Assembly (NCBI GenBank): GCA_051942245.1
Contig: JAVECL010000106.1
Coordinates: 1 to 51,741 of the forward strand
Reading direction: 5' to 3'
Length of the DNA stretch: 51,741 nucleotides
From: Trypethelium eluteriae
Lineage: Eukaryota
In this document: piece after piece, positions 24,432 through 36,403 of the stretch
Position numbering within the stretch: position 1 is the first letter of the stretch
Layout: the number at the start of each line of letters is the position of its first letter
The notes under the pieces: model-generated
Databases searched by the model: none
What the model saw: the letters and a program-made list of their open reading frames with translations, nothing else
Told to the model about the DNA's origin: nothing
Translations under genes and position numbers: made by a program

Positions 24432-25759
24432 CAGTACTAGGGGTCAAGTTTCCCGACACCGGCTAATTATCGGCCAAACCTCCCCTCCAATGCAGTAGAT
24501 ATGAAGCCATTGTTACTGCGTGTAAGCTCGCAGAGCTATGAAATTTGGTGTAGAGATAGCTAGATGTTGTAGCTACCTAGCTAGCTAGTCAATATTTTGT
24601 GTGCCAACCTCTAGCCTTAATGACTGCCTTGATCCTCCTAGGCATACTCTGAATCAGCTTCCGTAGTAGGGACCTGCGTATTTTCCACCACTGTTCTTGA
24701 CATGCTTTGATTAGGTTCTCGGTTGCTTCTTTAGTGTTGCCCTGCTCTGCGAGATGTGGATAGGCCTCCAAAACATGGTTTTTGAGGGCCCACCAAAGGT
24801 GTTCAATAGGGTTCAAATCAGGCGAGTATGGGGGCCATTCCAGCACCCAAATCCCATGCTCCTCCAGCCAATCACGCGCCAATATTGCTGTATAAATGGG
24901 TGCATTATCTTGCTGAAAGATCATCCCAGGCTTGTAGAAGTGTCTCAACTCTTTTTTATAGGCTTGGATAAGGCTGAAAGCAGAATAACCTCCTCATTGG
25001 CTGCTTTCATCCCTCTCCATATCCACAAGGTTACTGTGACATCCAAACCAGAAAGCAGCCCAAAACATCTGCCTAATATCCTTCCCAGGCTCAGATTCAA
25101 CCATTTTAGGGTCCCATTTTTGGGCTGGAGTCCTCCAAACCCATGTTTGATTGCGTCCAGATCCACATTCAAGGGAGACTTCATCACTAAAGATAACATT
25201 CTCCCATTCTGTTGTCCAACAGCGATATTTTTTGGCGAATTTAAGCCTCAGCTTTGCCACAACAGGTGTCAACTTAGGGCGCTTCTTTGCACGCCATTTA
25301 ATAATGTTGTGTTGCTTTGCGAGACGATACAGCACATCATCACTCATCTCAATCCCTATGAAAGCTCTCACATCATCATATGTGAATCAAGGTCGAGAAC
25401 GTAAGCAACAAAAGACTGCATGTTTGTCACGGCGAGAAAGAAGCTCAGGATGTCCTTTGCGAGGTTGTGAAGCACTATTATGGTGTTGATTCCAGCGTTT
25501 GATTGTATCGTACACAATGGAGCGGTTGCAGCCAATCTCTCGCGCAATTTCAGCCTTGGATTTCTCAGCCCCTGCTGCAGCTAGGATTGCAGCGCGAGTT
25601 TCTTTGGATAGTTCAGCTCCTTACGCATGATTTCCACTAATTTCTGCGAGAATTGGCCTCATTTTCGTGGAGTTATCGCGTGTCAAAATTTGGAGACGCG
25701 TTGGTGGATATCCTACGTTGTTGTGGTCCGCGTGTCGGGAGACTAGAGCGGGGTCATTG
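24432..25759 (-). mobile_element. Tc1/mariner (impala-like, DD34E) DNA transposon, inactivated
   Basis: 1328 bp flanked by TA on both sides (24430-31 and 25760-61). Imperfect 28-bp TIRs CAGTACTAGGGGTCAAGTTTCCCGACAC and CAATGACCCCGCTCTAGTCTCCCGACAC (18/28 match, inner 9 bp identical) enclose a transposase frame. Confidence 0.88.
24589..25662 (-). pseudogene. Tc1-family transposase pseudogene
   Basis: One continuous frame from ATG 25662: HTH (KAEIAREIGCNRSIVYDTIKRW), WENVIFSDE, FQQDNAP, WPPYSPDLNPIEHLW (34 residues between D and E), SMPRR..AVIKARG..TKY. Premature stops at 25621 (TAA), 25387 (TGA) and 24994 (TGA). Confidence 0.92.
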
Positions 25760-26061
25760 TAGGTATGGCCATATTCTGAGTTAGAGTACAGCGTAGGATT
25801 CCCGCAATACTTCTATATATTTTATCTGCACTGTTCTATTGGTCTCTCACGTAACCTCTCTATCTATTTGGTTTACCTCCGCACAACCACGCTTAACCCC
25901 TCGTGCGGCCTTGTGTCAGCCTGACACCTGGGACGAACTTCTTGTTGTACTTAGAGGTATAGATGAAAAGAGCAAAGTCACAATCTTAAATTGAACATTT
26001 CTACTCTATTCTGTTGACTTCTCACATTTGTTATTTCCACTTCAGTCCTGTCTGTCGTCTC

Positions 26062-27262
26062 TTACGTGATCACTGAATTTCCCTCACTGATGGCAAGCAT
26101 AGAGAGGTCAGGAACTTTGAACGGAGCGTCAAAATAATCAATCTCATCAGCCCAAGGAATGCCTTGCTGAGCACCTAGCTTTGTAATCATCAGTGCAGCG
26201 GCTTTGTTAGCCCGAATGACCGCACGCTTGATATGCCACTGCCCTGCTTCTTTCTGTCGTATATATTCAGAAGCGTACGCACCGGTGAAGGTATCTCTGT
26301 CGTGGTAATTAGTCCAGTATCACTGTGTAGACACGCAGAACCCACCCTGCACCCGTAGTATCTACGACGTTGACGTTATATGCAGGGCAATGATTGCGTC
26401 CTAGGGTGTTCGCATAGTATGCTCCCTTTGCTCCGAGAGTGATGACAACGTTTTTAACGCCCTGATTCAGAAAGTCCCCGCAAATAACCGGCCAAGTGTC
26501 TTCGCTGACTTCGTCCATATCACGGCCAGACATGATGGCCGCCTCCGACTCGTTGACCAACAAGTGCGTAATGTAGCGATACGTTCGCTTGATAATTGGA
26601 TTTGCCGGCGCTGCGTTCAGACAAAAATCGATACCAGCCTTGCCAGCAGTCTCGATCATCTGCTCGACAATCGCCCTATGAATCTCCATCTGAGCAACAC
26701 AGAGCTCCGGCTGTATGCCATTCCCCAGATCTTCGGCTTTCAGGAAATGACGCCTCTCCCAGGTTGCCGTTGCACCCCGAGTGAAGAGGCATCGATTCTC
26801 GCGCGTGTAATTCTCTACCATGACGAAACAGATACTTGACTGAGTGTTGGGCACAGTAATGACGCCAGACGAGTCCACGCCGTTCTTGTTCAGCTCGGCG
26901 TAGAGTTTTTCTCCGTACTTGTCATCTCCAACTGCACCGACCATTCTGACATTGACTTCAGGCTCATGGTGAGATTGCTTGACCACCAGTCCCTGGCTCG
27001 ACAGGACCTCCTTAGGAGATATCGACTGCAACTGTCCCTTTGTTCGCTCTCCTGACGTCTTCATTGCTACTGTTTCGTGGGTCTCTGTGGGTTTCTTGTG
27101 GCAGGTTCGATACGTCGCAATGGCAGAGTTGGCACCCTTTCCACCCGCCGCTTCCAAATACTCATTTGCTAACAAACTCTCCCCTCCATCGGGGATACGA
27201 TTAGCAATCATGATAAGGTCATAATCCAATCCTCCGATGATGGAAACGGTCTTGGGCGTCAT
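26062..27262 (-). CDS. RBK1: Ribokinase (PfkB family)
   Basis: GGKGANSA, VGAVGDD.YG, LNAAPA, LLVNESEA, VITLGAKGA, VDTTGAG|DTFTGA across intron 26297-26345, GAQQGIPW. Substrate assignment is by family only. Confidence 0.85.
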
Positions 27263-27825
27263 TTCTTTCCTTGTTTTTGTCCTTTCTTTCGTTTCAGAAA
27301 CACAGTTTCAAGACGACAATATATAATAGAGGGCAATAGACGCTGTCGCGAAGGTGTAAGTAAACGATGGGCCTACTTCGAGCTTTGACGTATAAGCCTG
27401 ACTGAGTGAGCTTTCCCAGCACTTAGTGGGCTGTACTTCCCCTTGGAGGCACAAATCGTGCACGCACTCTATAATAGCCCACCGACTACGTATTGACTGC
27501 AGGTTGACGTTCCCAATGATGGTTGAATATTGAGATTGAGAAGTGAAGTGCAGTATATAGAACTGGGTTTATGTAGGTCGGTGAATATCGCTGAATAGAG
27601 TGCACTAGAGTGAATACGGTGATATGAACAGTGGGACTTCCTTTTTCTGTAAGTCTCTTTGCACCTCCGCTTGAGACTAAACGACAGACAAGTTCCCTGA
27701 CTATTCTCAGAGACTGTTTCGATCTTTTTCCTGCAACAAGATGCCCAATATTGTAAGCTTCGTTACTTTCAGCCTTCCCGGCCTGGATGGATGTGTCAAA
27801 GGACTAATCGTTCTGAGCAAGGCTG

Positions 27826-29131
27826 TCAAGCCGTTCCTGCAGCCTTCGCAGCATGGCCTGGCTTCAATCCCTTCTTCTTCGCTTCAATGTCCACGGCGCC
27901 CGATACAGTCTGAAGCAGGCTTCTGTCCTTGGGATTCCAGCCCAAAAGCTTCCTCGCTCGTATCGCCTTGCCCCGCGAATTGGCTCCCCACACGACTGGA
28001 CCGTAGGGGTGAAGCTTCGAGACGTCTTCTGGCGCATACGAAACGATCTTATCTTCCTTGATTAATCCCTGCCTATGAGCTTCGTGCGCAACTTCTTTGG
28101 CGACCTACGGTACCAGTCCTCATTAGCGTCCTGACTTATTGGGATTGCAGATGTTTCGGACAGACTCACATCTGCCCAGAGAAACTCGCCGTTCTCAGAG
28201 AAATAATAGCCCTCAGGACCCCAGGTTGCATTGCCACCGCCTTGGACAGCAGCCTCAATGAGCAGGAGATATAGGTCCGACAGATCGTGGACATTGACCT
28301 GAGTCCATATTGTTTTACCTGCCCCAACTTGGACCCCATTGCCCTGCTCGATTGTGACTCTTGAGAGTTCGGGTAGCTGGATGCTGCGCTGATTGACCGG
28401 ACCTCGTCCTTGATCCTGGTGGCATTAATTGTTAACCTATACTCTATCTCCTCTGTTCGAACGAGACTTACATAGATTGTCGGCGGGCAAACAATGGCAG
28501 TTTTGACTTTCTCCGCATGAGCAGCCTGTCCGTCAAGAACTACTTTGTCTGTGGGGCGATGAGGTGCTTCAATGGGCAGCGAAGTCACCTCCCCAATGCT
28601 ATCCCAATCATCGTACACCTTAGTTGAACTCTCGCCAAAAGTCTTGCGGGCAAGATCGTCAAAGCATAGCACACCGGTCCCGGAGGTGTGAATGTAATAA
28701 CCCGGTTCATTTGCAGTGCGTTTGCTCAGTCCATCTATCAGAGCAGCAGCTGCGGCCGAATGGTCCGCACTCGCCCAGTCTGAGCGCAAAGTTTAGCTAA
28801 CTCAATTGTATTGCGGCCTTCGATAACATTCACGGAAGCGCATGACGTACTAACAACAACATCAGCGTTTGCTGCTTCTTTGGTCAGGAGATCAATGCTA
28901 TCTAGATCTCCATAGACGAGACGGATTTTAGGATACTGTGCGGCGATGAGGGATCCCTTATCTGTACCGCGAACGACACAAGTATATTCCCAGTCTGGAT
29001 GTGCTTCGTAGAGTGCGTAGAGAGCGTCGCCACCAATATATCCAGTAGTACCTAGTCTTTTGAGAAGCCATATTAGCCTATTAAGAAAGCGTAAATATCA
29101 CCATTCATACTCACAGAAAAAGCTTAGGCAT
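27826..29131 (-). CDS. NAD(P)-binding epimerase/dehydratase-like (atypical SDR) protein
   Basis: Five exons. MPKLFL|LGTTGYIGGD Rossmann motif, then WASADH, YIHTSGTG, TAIVCPPTIY, VNVHDLS, WGANSRGKAIRARKLLGW. Confidence 0.88.
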
Positions 29132-29997
29132 GATAAAAGCTGAGGATTATAGAAGACGATTTGAAGTGTGTTGTTCTTTGCGTTGTGAGTCTAGGAATAT
29201 GTACTCTACGGTAGGCGGGGAGAGGGGACGCGATTATCTATAGAATCGTTGACGAAGCTCGTACTCTAAAAGTGCTGAGATTGACGTCTGTTGATCGTAC
29301 TTTTTGGATTTGTAATTCAATTGATTTTGTTGACAAATAATCGGTGGAGTCTAAATTCAAATGTTTAGAATCCAATCTTACCGAGCATTTTGGTCCGGAG
29401 TTATTCTTACTGAAGTCTACTTCCGTTGGCCCCGGATATGTCTCCATATAGATTACTTGATCCCATGTGGTCGTTTGAACAACGGGAAAGCCCCTGGACA
29501 CTAATCTTATGTAGTGTATCATTGTCAAACAAAAGTTACGATTGGCTCTCAACACAGACCATGGAATCGGCGATTTCTCCGATCCGAACGCTCTACTCTA
29601 ATGCTGATAATTAGTAAGTCAGGTAGTATACAGCAACTTACAGCGTCCGATACCTGCGATGTGCATTAGCGTATCCAATTCGGAGCTACAGAGCCACTTG
29701 ACAAGGGAAAGAACTTGAATCCTAAGGTCTGCTGGTTTTCTCAAGGCCTACTTTCCCACGGATTCGTGAGTAAATCTCTTTACCGGAGTCGAAATTGCCC
29801 ACCGAAGGAAGTGGGAGACATGTAACACGGAGAATTTTTGTACACAAGCAGGACGGGTGAATATGCTATGCAAGCCCGAAGAGGGACGAACAAAGACCCA
29901 GCTACCCCAGTTAGGTGTACGATAAAATCTCGAGCGGGAAGATTGCTAAGCTTTTATCAATAACACCCTAAGGACACATCATAGTATTGGCTTGCAA

Positions 29998-31933
29998 TTA
30001 GAAAGTAGTAGTCGCTAGTCGACTCGCCGCATTCCTCGCATCCACTCTATCCTCATCCTCCTCCTGCACACCTTGCAAACTCCCCGCTCCACTCCCCGCC
30101 CTCTTCCTCGCACTCGCCTTGCCCTCTCCCTCTTCCTGCTCCTCCGGCACCGACGTCACAAAGCTCCCACTTATGCTCCGATTCAAGCCATCCGGCCTCC
30201 TCGGAACCCCACTCCACGCATCCCCCTTCGGCCCCTGACTACTCGCCAACGTCGCCCTCCTCGTCGCGGGATGCGCCTCCCTCCCCAACCTCGACAGGCC
30301 GCCCGTGGCATCAATAGCGCGGATATCCGGGCGCACGCTCTCCAGCGTCGCCAGCGTGCGACGCTCCGCCTCGATCTCGCGGATCACGTACTCGCGCAGG
30401 CTCTGGCGCAGGTCGGTCGCGGTGCGCGCGAACCAGCGCCGCCGCTCCTGCACCAGGTTCGCGGTGACGCGCTGGCATTTCCCGGAGAGGTAGGACTCGT
30501 TGGAGCGGGCTTCGTCGAGGGCGGCGATGGCCTCGTCGACTTTGTCGCGCCGGACGGAGGAGGAGGCTTTGAGCCGGTCGGTGGCGGAGAGGCGGGAGCG
30601 CGTGGTTTGCTGGGCTTGGAGGAGCTCGCGCATGAGGATTTGTCGGTTCGTGAGGGTTTCTTTGACGATGAAGGCGTCGGTGGAGTGGTACTGGAGGGGG
30701 TCGCCGAGGGTGGTGGCTTCGGCGGTGCCTTGGGCGGCGTGGTAGTCGCCGGTGGTTTGGATGATCTTGCCTAACTTCCGGTATGCGTTGCCTAGCCCAG
30801 CGTGGATTTCTTGTACTTGCATGGATCCCATTTTGACGCCGAGGTCTGCCTCAGCGAGACCCAAGGCTTTGGCCGTCAGCGTCGTGTTCAGTCAGTTCAG
30901 GAAGGGAGCACAGTTACCCTTTCTCGACTTGACAACCTTGTCGACCTTTTGACCCGCATCCATCGTCCCCAAGTAGAACAATTTGACAATCGGCCGCGTC
31001 TCATAGAGCTCAGGGGTATCATCGGGAGGAGGAGCAAATTGTTTCAAAACCTTTCTCCTTACACCAGTGGCGGGCTGCTTTCTCCGAACCACAGGGCTGT
31101 ATCCAAAGTCGCTTTCAACGAAGAAGATCACCTCCTCGTCGCGCTTCAGCACTTCGTTACCACACACGTAGTTAAGCCATCGCTGCATTCCTGCCTTTAT
31201 CCGTGACTCGTCCTCTTCCGTCCCCGCGCCGGCAGCAGTCAGAGGAGGGGGAACAGCAGGCACCATGGCTTCAGGATTTGAGGAAATGAGATGGTCGGCT
31301 AGTTTTAGAAATTCGGAGTGAGTGCGCCTAACGTCACGAAACTGTGTTGTTCGGAATTTTGGTAAATCGGTCTGGCGAGAAGATGGCTGTTAGTGGTCTG
31401 AGATAAGGTAGGCCCGAAGCCATAAGACTTACATATACATCAAATCTCAGAATAGGATCTTTCCGTCCTGTCCTTTCCAGCCCTGTGATCTTGGCTTGTA
31501 ACTTGCCAGGCGGTGGCATCTGACGGACATTGGACTTTTGATGACGGTAGCGTTGCGGCTCAGGTCTTGGGCCCTCAGAAGACTCTTGGTGGTTTTGATG
31601 GTATGGACTTTGCTGAGGTACTTCACGTTGTTGTACTACGTGCCGGGAGTCATTTTGCTCCAAATCGTTGTTTTCAGAAGCCAGCGTTGTCCCATTTACA
31701 GAAGTAGAATCGGCGCTGATATCTTGCGGCATTGGCCGATCGCCAGTATCCAAGCTGCCACGTCCATGATCGTATTGTCCAGAGTATGGCGACTGAGCTG
31801 GAGGTAAGGGAGATGGGGGTACATCGCTACTGTGCGATTGCGAGAAAGTGGTCCTATTGTGTTGTGGTGAAGAGGCCCATGGAGAAGATCCGTTGGGATG
31901 CTCAGGATCAGAAGGTAATGTCGAATAGTCCAT
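29998..31933 (-). CDS. VPS17: Retromer sorting nexin Vps17 (PX-BAR)
   Basis: KLQAKITGLERTGRKDPILRFDV, intron, then PKFRTTQFRDVRRTHSEF, VPAVPPP, FVESDFGYSP, KQFAPPPDDT, ETLTNR and C-terminal DARNAASRLA. Two introns. Confidence 0.93.
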
Positions 31934-32167
31934 GGCTTGCTTCAGTAAGTGGTGCCAATGATCTGCGGTGGATGTAAGAGTCCTGCCATTAGGTCATTGT
32001 GGAAGCGGCGAGGTAGTGGTAGTCAGCTCTCCGCCTGTGATGATTGTTTTCTTGCCCGCCAAAGCTCAATCCTGCGGGGGCGACAGCGATGTCCTCGACA
32101 CGCGACTCGTCATCCCCCTTTTTACCTTCTACTCACGTCGTAATCAGACCTGGACTTGCGGCTCTCG

Positions 32168-35052
32168 ATGAGATCTATATGGCTTTGCCATGCATATAGA
32201 ATTACTAGCAGACATATTCAACCCATTCGAAGGTCTGTCTCGACCTCCGCATCCCGGCATGGACCGTCTCCTACCTCCCCTGAAATGGGGAGTGATCTTT
32301 CAAATATACGAAATATTGGAATCATAGCACACATTGATGCGGTATACTTGAACTTGAATTTGACTCAGTGGATACCTAACTCTAACCATTTGCAGGGCAA
32401 GACGACGACAACGGAGCGTATGCTCTATTACAGCGGCTTTACGAGACGCTTGGGAGGTACATCTCATTTCTATAATAGTTATTTATGCCTTTCAAGTGCC
32501 TGTACCAAATTTTGTTACTTTCAATATCAAGTTTATTGTTCCTCGCGACTGGTGGTATCTAGCTAATTCTAATTTGTTCTTGGAAAGATGTCGATGAAGG
32601 ATCAACTGTCACGGACTTTCTACCGGCAGAGAGAGCTCGGGGTATTACCATACAATCGGCAGCTATAACCTTCCACTGGCCGCCAGGGGATATCCGAAAC
32701 AATGAAGCTACAGAGGCGCAAGGACTACCTCGGTCTGCTCTTCCCCACACAATCAACCTTATCGACACTCCTGGGCATGCAGACTTCACCTTTGAAGTAC
32801 TCCGGTCCCTCCGTATTCTCGACGGCGCCGTCTGTATCCTAGACGGAGTAGCAGGTGTTGAAGCTCAGACCGAACATGTATGGAACCAAGCCAGTACGTA
32901 CCAAATTCCGAGAATCATCTTCGTGAACAAACTGGATCGGGACGGTGCTGCTTTTGCCAAGACCGTGCGGGAAATTGGCACCCGTCTTCATGGATGGCCA
33001 GCTGTTTGCCAGTTTCCGTGGTTCAAAAATGGCACAGGCAAATTACAAGGAGTGGCAGACGTCCTGCGACTTCGTGCAATGCTCTGGCAGGAGGGTAGCG
33101 ACGGGAGATCCGTCAATTGCATAAATATGTCAGATCTGGAAGAAATGGATGCAAATCTTGCGAAGGAACTCCGAAGGGCACGGACTGCTCTGATTGAGCT
33201 ACTTAGTGAGCATGACGATCAGATGGTTGAGCATTTCCTTGAACAGGATGAGGACCATCTGAAAATAGCCCCGGAGCAGATAATCGAAAGTCTACGACGC
33301 TGTGTCCTTCATCGGCCCCAGAGCATCATTCCAGTTTTCGCTGGCGCCAGCTTCCGCAATATCGGTGTACAGCCCCTGCTAGATGCAGTTGTCGACCTTC
33401 TGCCCTCTCCCCTAGAATCTCCTGATCCTGAGACGACCCTAGCCTCTACTAAGGTGGGCCTCAATGCTCTCATTAACGGTGAGATTGCTTTTCCGGAGCA
33501 TAGTTCAGTAGTACCAGGAGGATCTAGGAAGGGCGCCGTCGCAAAACGAGCCACGATGTCTATCAAGAACTTGGAAGCATGTGCCTTGGCATTCAAAGTC
33601 GTTCATGATGCTCGTCGGGGAGTACTAGTATACGTTCGTGTCTATTCTGGCTCCCTCAACCGCAACTCGTTGCTGTTCAATACCAACCTCAATGTATCTG
33701 AACGTGCACAACGTTTGTTGAGAATGTACGCGTCCGACGCTGTTGAGATCGATACAATCCAAACAGGTCAGATCGGTGTAATTCCGGGATTGAAGTATGC
33801 TCGAACTGGTGATACGTTGGTTTCCTATACTGGAGCGAATCCAAAGTCAGGTCTACCAGCGCCGCTGAATACTCTCCAGCTACGACCGATCGAGGTACCA
33901 CCCCCTGTATTCTTCACAAGTGTCGAACCAAATAGTTTGAGTGAGGCAAAAAATATCACGGAATCTCTTGCACTGCTTCTTCGGGAGGACCCAAGTCTCA
34001 ACGTTTCACTAGACCCCGAAAGTGGGCAAACCCATCTTGCGGGGATGGGCGAACTGCATCTAGAAATTGCTAGGGACAGGCTCATTAATGATCTGAAGGC
34101 CAAGGCCGCTATTGGCGCCATTGAAATTGGATACCGCGAAAAAATTCTCGGTCCGTCTTCTCCATGTAACAGGAGTTTTGACAAAGACGTTGCAGGCAAG
34201 CCTTCACGAGCGTCTTGTACGGTGGTTGTATCTCCTTCAGGATCTCCTTTGAAATCGCCACGGTCAGAGCATGGCGCCATAATGCACAACGTCCCTCTGC
34301 CAGACTCCAACAGCCTTATTATCAACCGTTTGGTAACTTCGGAGGAGGAACAACCCATAAGTCCCGATCGATCATTATCACCAACGGGAGTGTCGCTGAC
34401 CATGGTTCTCTCTGCGCTTGAGAATGGGGTCTCCACAGCCTTGGCACGGGGTCCAAAATTTAATTACCCAGTTCACTCAACTCATATCAGTCTCACTCTG
34501 GATACCGCACATGATTTGGCCGAGACGAGTACGCCGACTGCGCTATCTGGAGCTGCTCGAATTGCTGTGCAGAACGCGTTAGAGGAGGCTTCGAAGATAC
34601 ATGATTCGCAACTAATGGAGCCAGTCATGCTTGTGACTATCAGCTTGGATGAGGCGAGCCTTGGAAGCGTTGTACATGACCTTAATTCTGCTCGTGGTGG
34701 TCAGGTCCTTTCTTTGGATGCTGGGCACGAAACACCTTCGTCGAATGGCAGCAGTGGTAAAGACGTGATGGCCGACCACGAAACCCCTACAATGAATCCT
34801 CGACAAATTTATGCTCCTCCTGATCCTTTCGAATCGTCCACGACAGCTGAAATAGTAGGAAGTGATGCAGGAAGGCGGCGGCAGGTGACAGCGAGAGTCC
34901 CCTTGAAAGAGATGGTTGGATATCTGAAACATTTGAGAAGCTTGACCGGTGGGCGAGGTACTTTTGTAATGAAGGTTGACAGCTTTGAGGCCATGTCTGC
35001 GCAGAGGCAGAAAGCTGTGTTGAGCGAGATGAGGGGGGAGAACGTGTATTAA
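32168..35052 (+). CDS. MEF2: Mitochondrial elongation factor G2 / ribosome-releasing factor 2
   Basis: Arg/Ser-rich presequence, then [65 protein letters not shown] and [12 protein letters not shown]. Introns at about 32342-32395 and 32457-32587. Confidence 0.92.
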
Positions 35053-35130
35053 TATTGTCATGAAGAAGCTGTGTCCGAAAAATCATGGTGGATTGTTGAC
35101 TACCATCCAGACCAATGTACAATAAGGTAA

Positions 35131-36008
35131 TCAAAGCTTTCCCTTCAGCTTGAGTCCTTGGTAAAGGGCAAGTGCGGACAACGTCTTGGCATCTCTGGCC
35201 CCTTCTCTCCACAATTCATTCAATGGTACAATCTTTAGCGTGATTTTCTCCCCATCGTCTCTCAGACCAGTCAACTTGCCTTGAAGTTCCTGGATTTGTG
35301 ATCTTGGCATTCGTCGTTGATGGAGAAATAGTGGTAGGAATTCATCGCTTCCGCCGGGGCTGCTGTACGTTGCATTTTGCAGTCGCTCCCCCGACTTCTG
35401 ATCAACATCCTCGAGAGCGAGCTTGGTCAGATCTACAAGCTGGCTTTCAGGGACCTCCAAACCAGTCTCTTCTTTGATCTCTTTCGCGGCTCCGCCGGAA
35501 AAGGTGCCGCTGTCATCCAACATTCCAGCAGGAAGCTCCACCATAGAAAGCGATCCAGCCGGGATCCGAGGCTGTAAAGTGAGAATGACATACTTCTCTC
35601 CATCGGCTCCTTCTGGTTCATCGTCGGGTTGTATGATAAGCTGCAGTACGTTAGCCGGGAACTGAATGCTTGAATATCAGCACTGACAAGCATGCCAACA
35701 CTTCCACCTCGGAGAAATACCGAGCCTGGAAGTTTCTCTCCATCATCATTTGAAATATCAGCTTTTAGCTTTACAAAGCCAAGACGCCCTCCTCCGAAGA
35801 AATCAACAGATTGAATGTCAATACTGCGCAGCTGATATGGTGAAGAGTAGAAAGCATGATCTTTAGACTTTTGCTGAGACAGAGAATGTTGTAAAGTGGA
35901 GATCCAGTTTTGAAATGCAGGGAAGGACAAAAGCTGGTCCTGAGAGAGATCTGGAGTTAATTTGACGGAACATGAAGGAGACGAATGTGGTAAAGTGAAA
36001 GACGACAT
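35131..36008 (-). CDS. Nudix hydrolase, ADP-sugar pyrophosphatase-like (resembles plant NUDX14)
   Basis: RLGFVKLKA, LPGSVFLRGGSVGML|LIIQP, QPRIPAG, ELPAGMLDD..F.G.AAKEIKEETGL (variant Nudix box), SPGGSDE, GEKITLK, DAKTL. Intron 35641-35687. In-frame upstream ATGs extend to 36092. Confidence 0.88.
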
Positions 36009-36403
36009 GGTTGCCCCTCCCAATAATCGAGCCAACATGTAATTCCTAGTCAGAAGCTGACTGAGACTGTTTAACATTGAGTAAGTATTCATGTAGTTGT
36101 TCTGGTTAAGCTCGCTTCAGATCTTTCGTTGGGTAGAATAGAGCACAAAGAATCAGAGCCTCGAAGACGATGACGTCGGCGGTCCTGCTCCGAGGTGCGT
36201 CTTATGTAGAAACTTTGGTCGACGTTACCTAACCTTTAGATACCAGCGTACCAATCCCTATTGTTCCACGGTCGGAAATCAAATCAATAACCGTTCAATT
36301 CTTCATGATAAGCTCATAGTCAGCATTCTCTGCATTCAGCATGCCACTCCCATGACGTTATATACTTGAGCGAAACCCAGAGCTTCACGTCTCTTTGCTC
36401 ACA

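Noticed and set aside
17660..29131. Metabolic gene cluster (THI6, MET2, ribokinase, epimerase)
   Set aside because: The pathways are unrelated, eIF5 and a transposon are interspersed, and there is no backbone enzyme or regulator.
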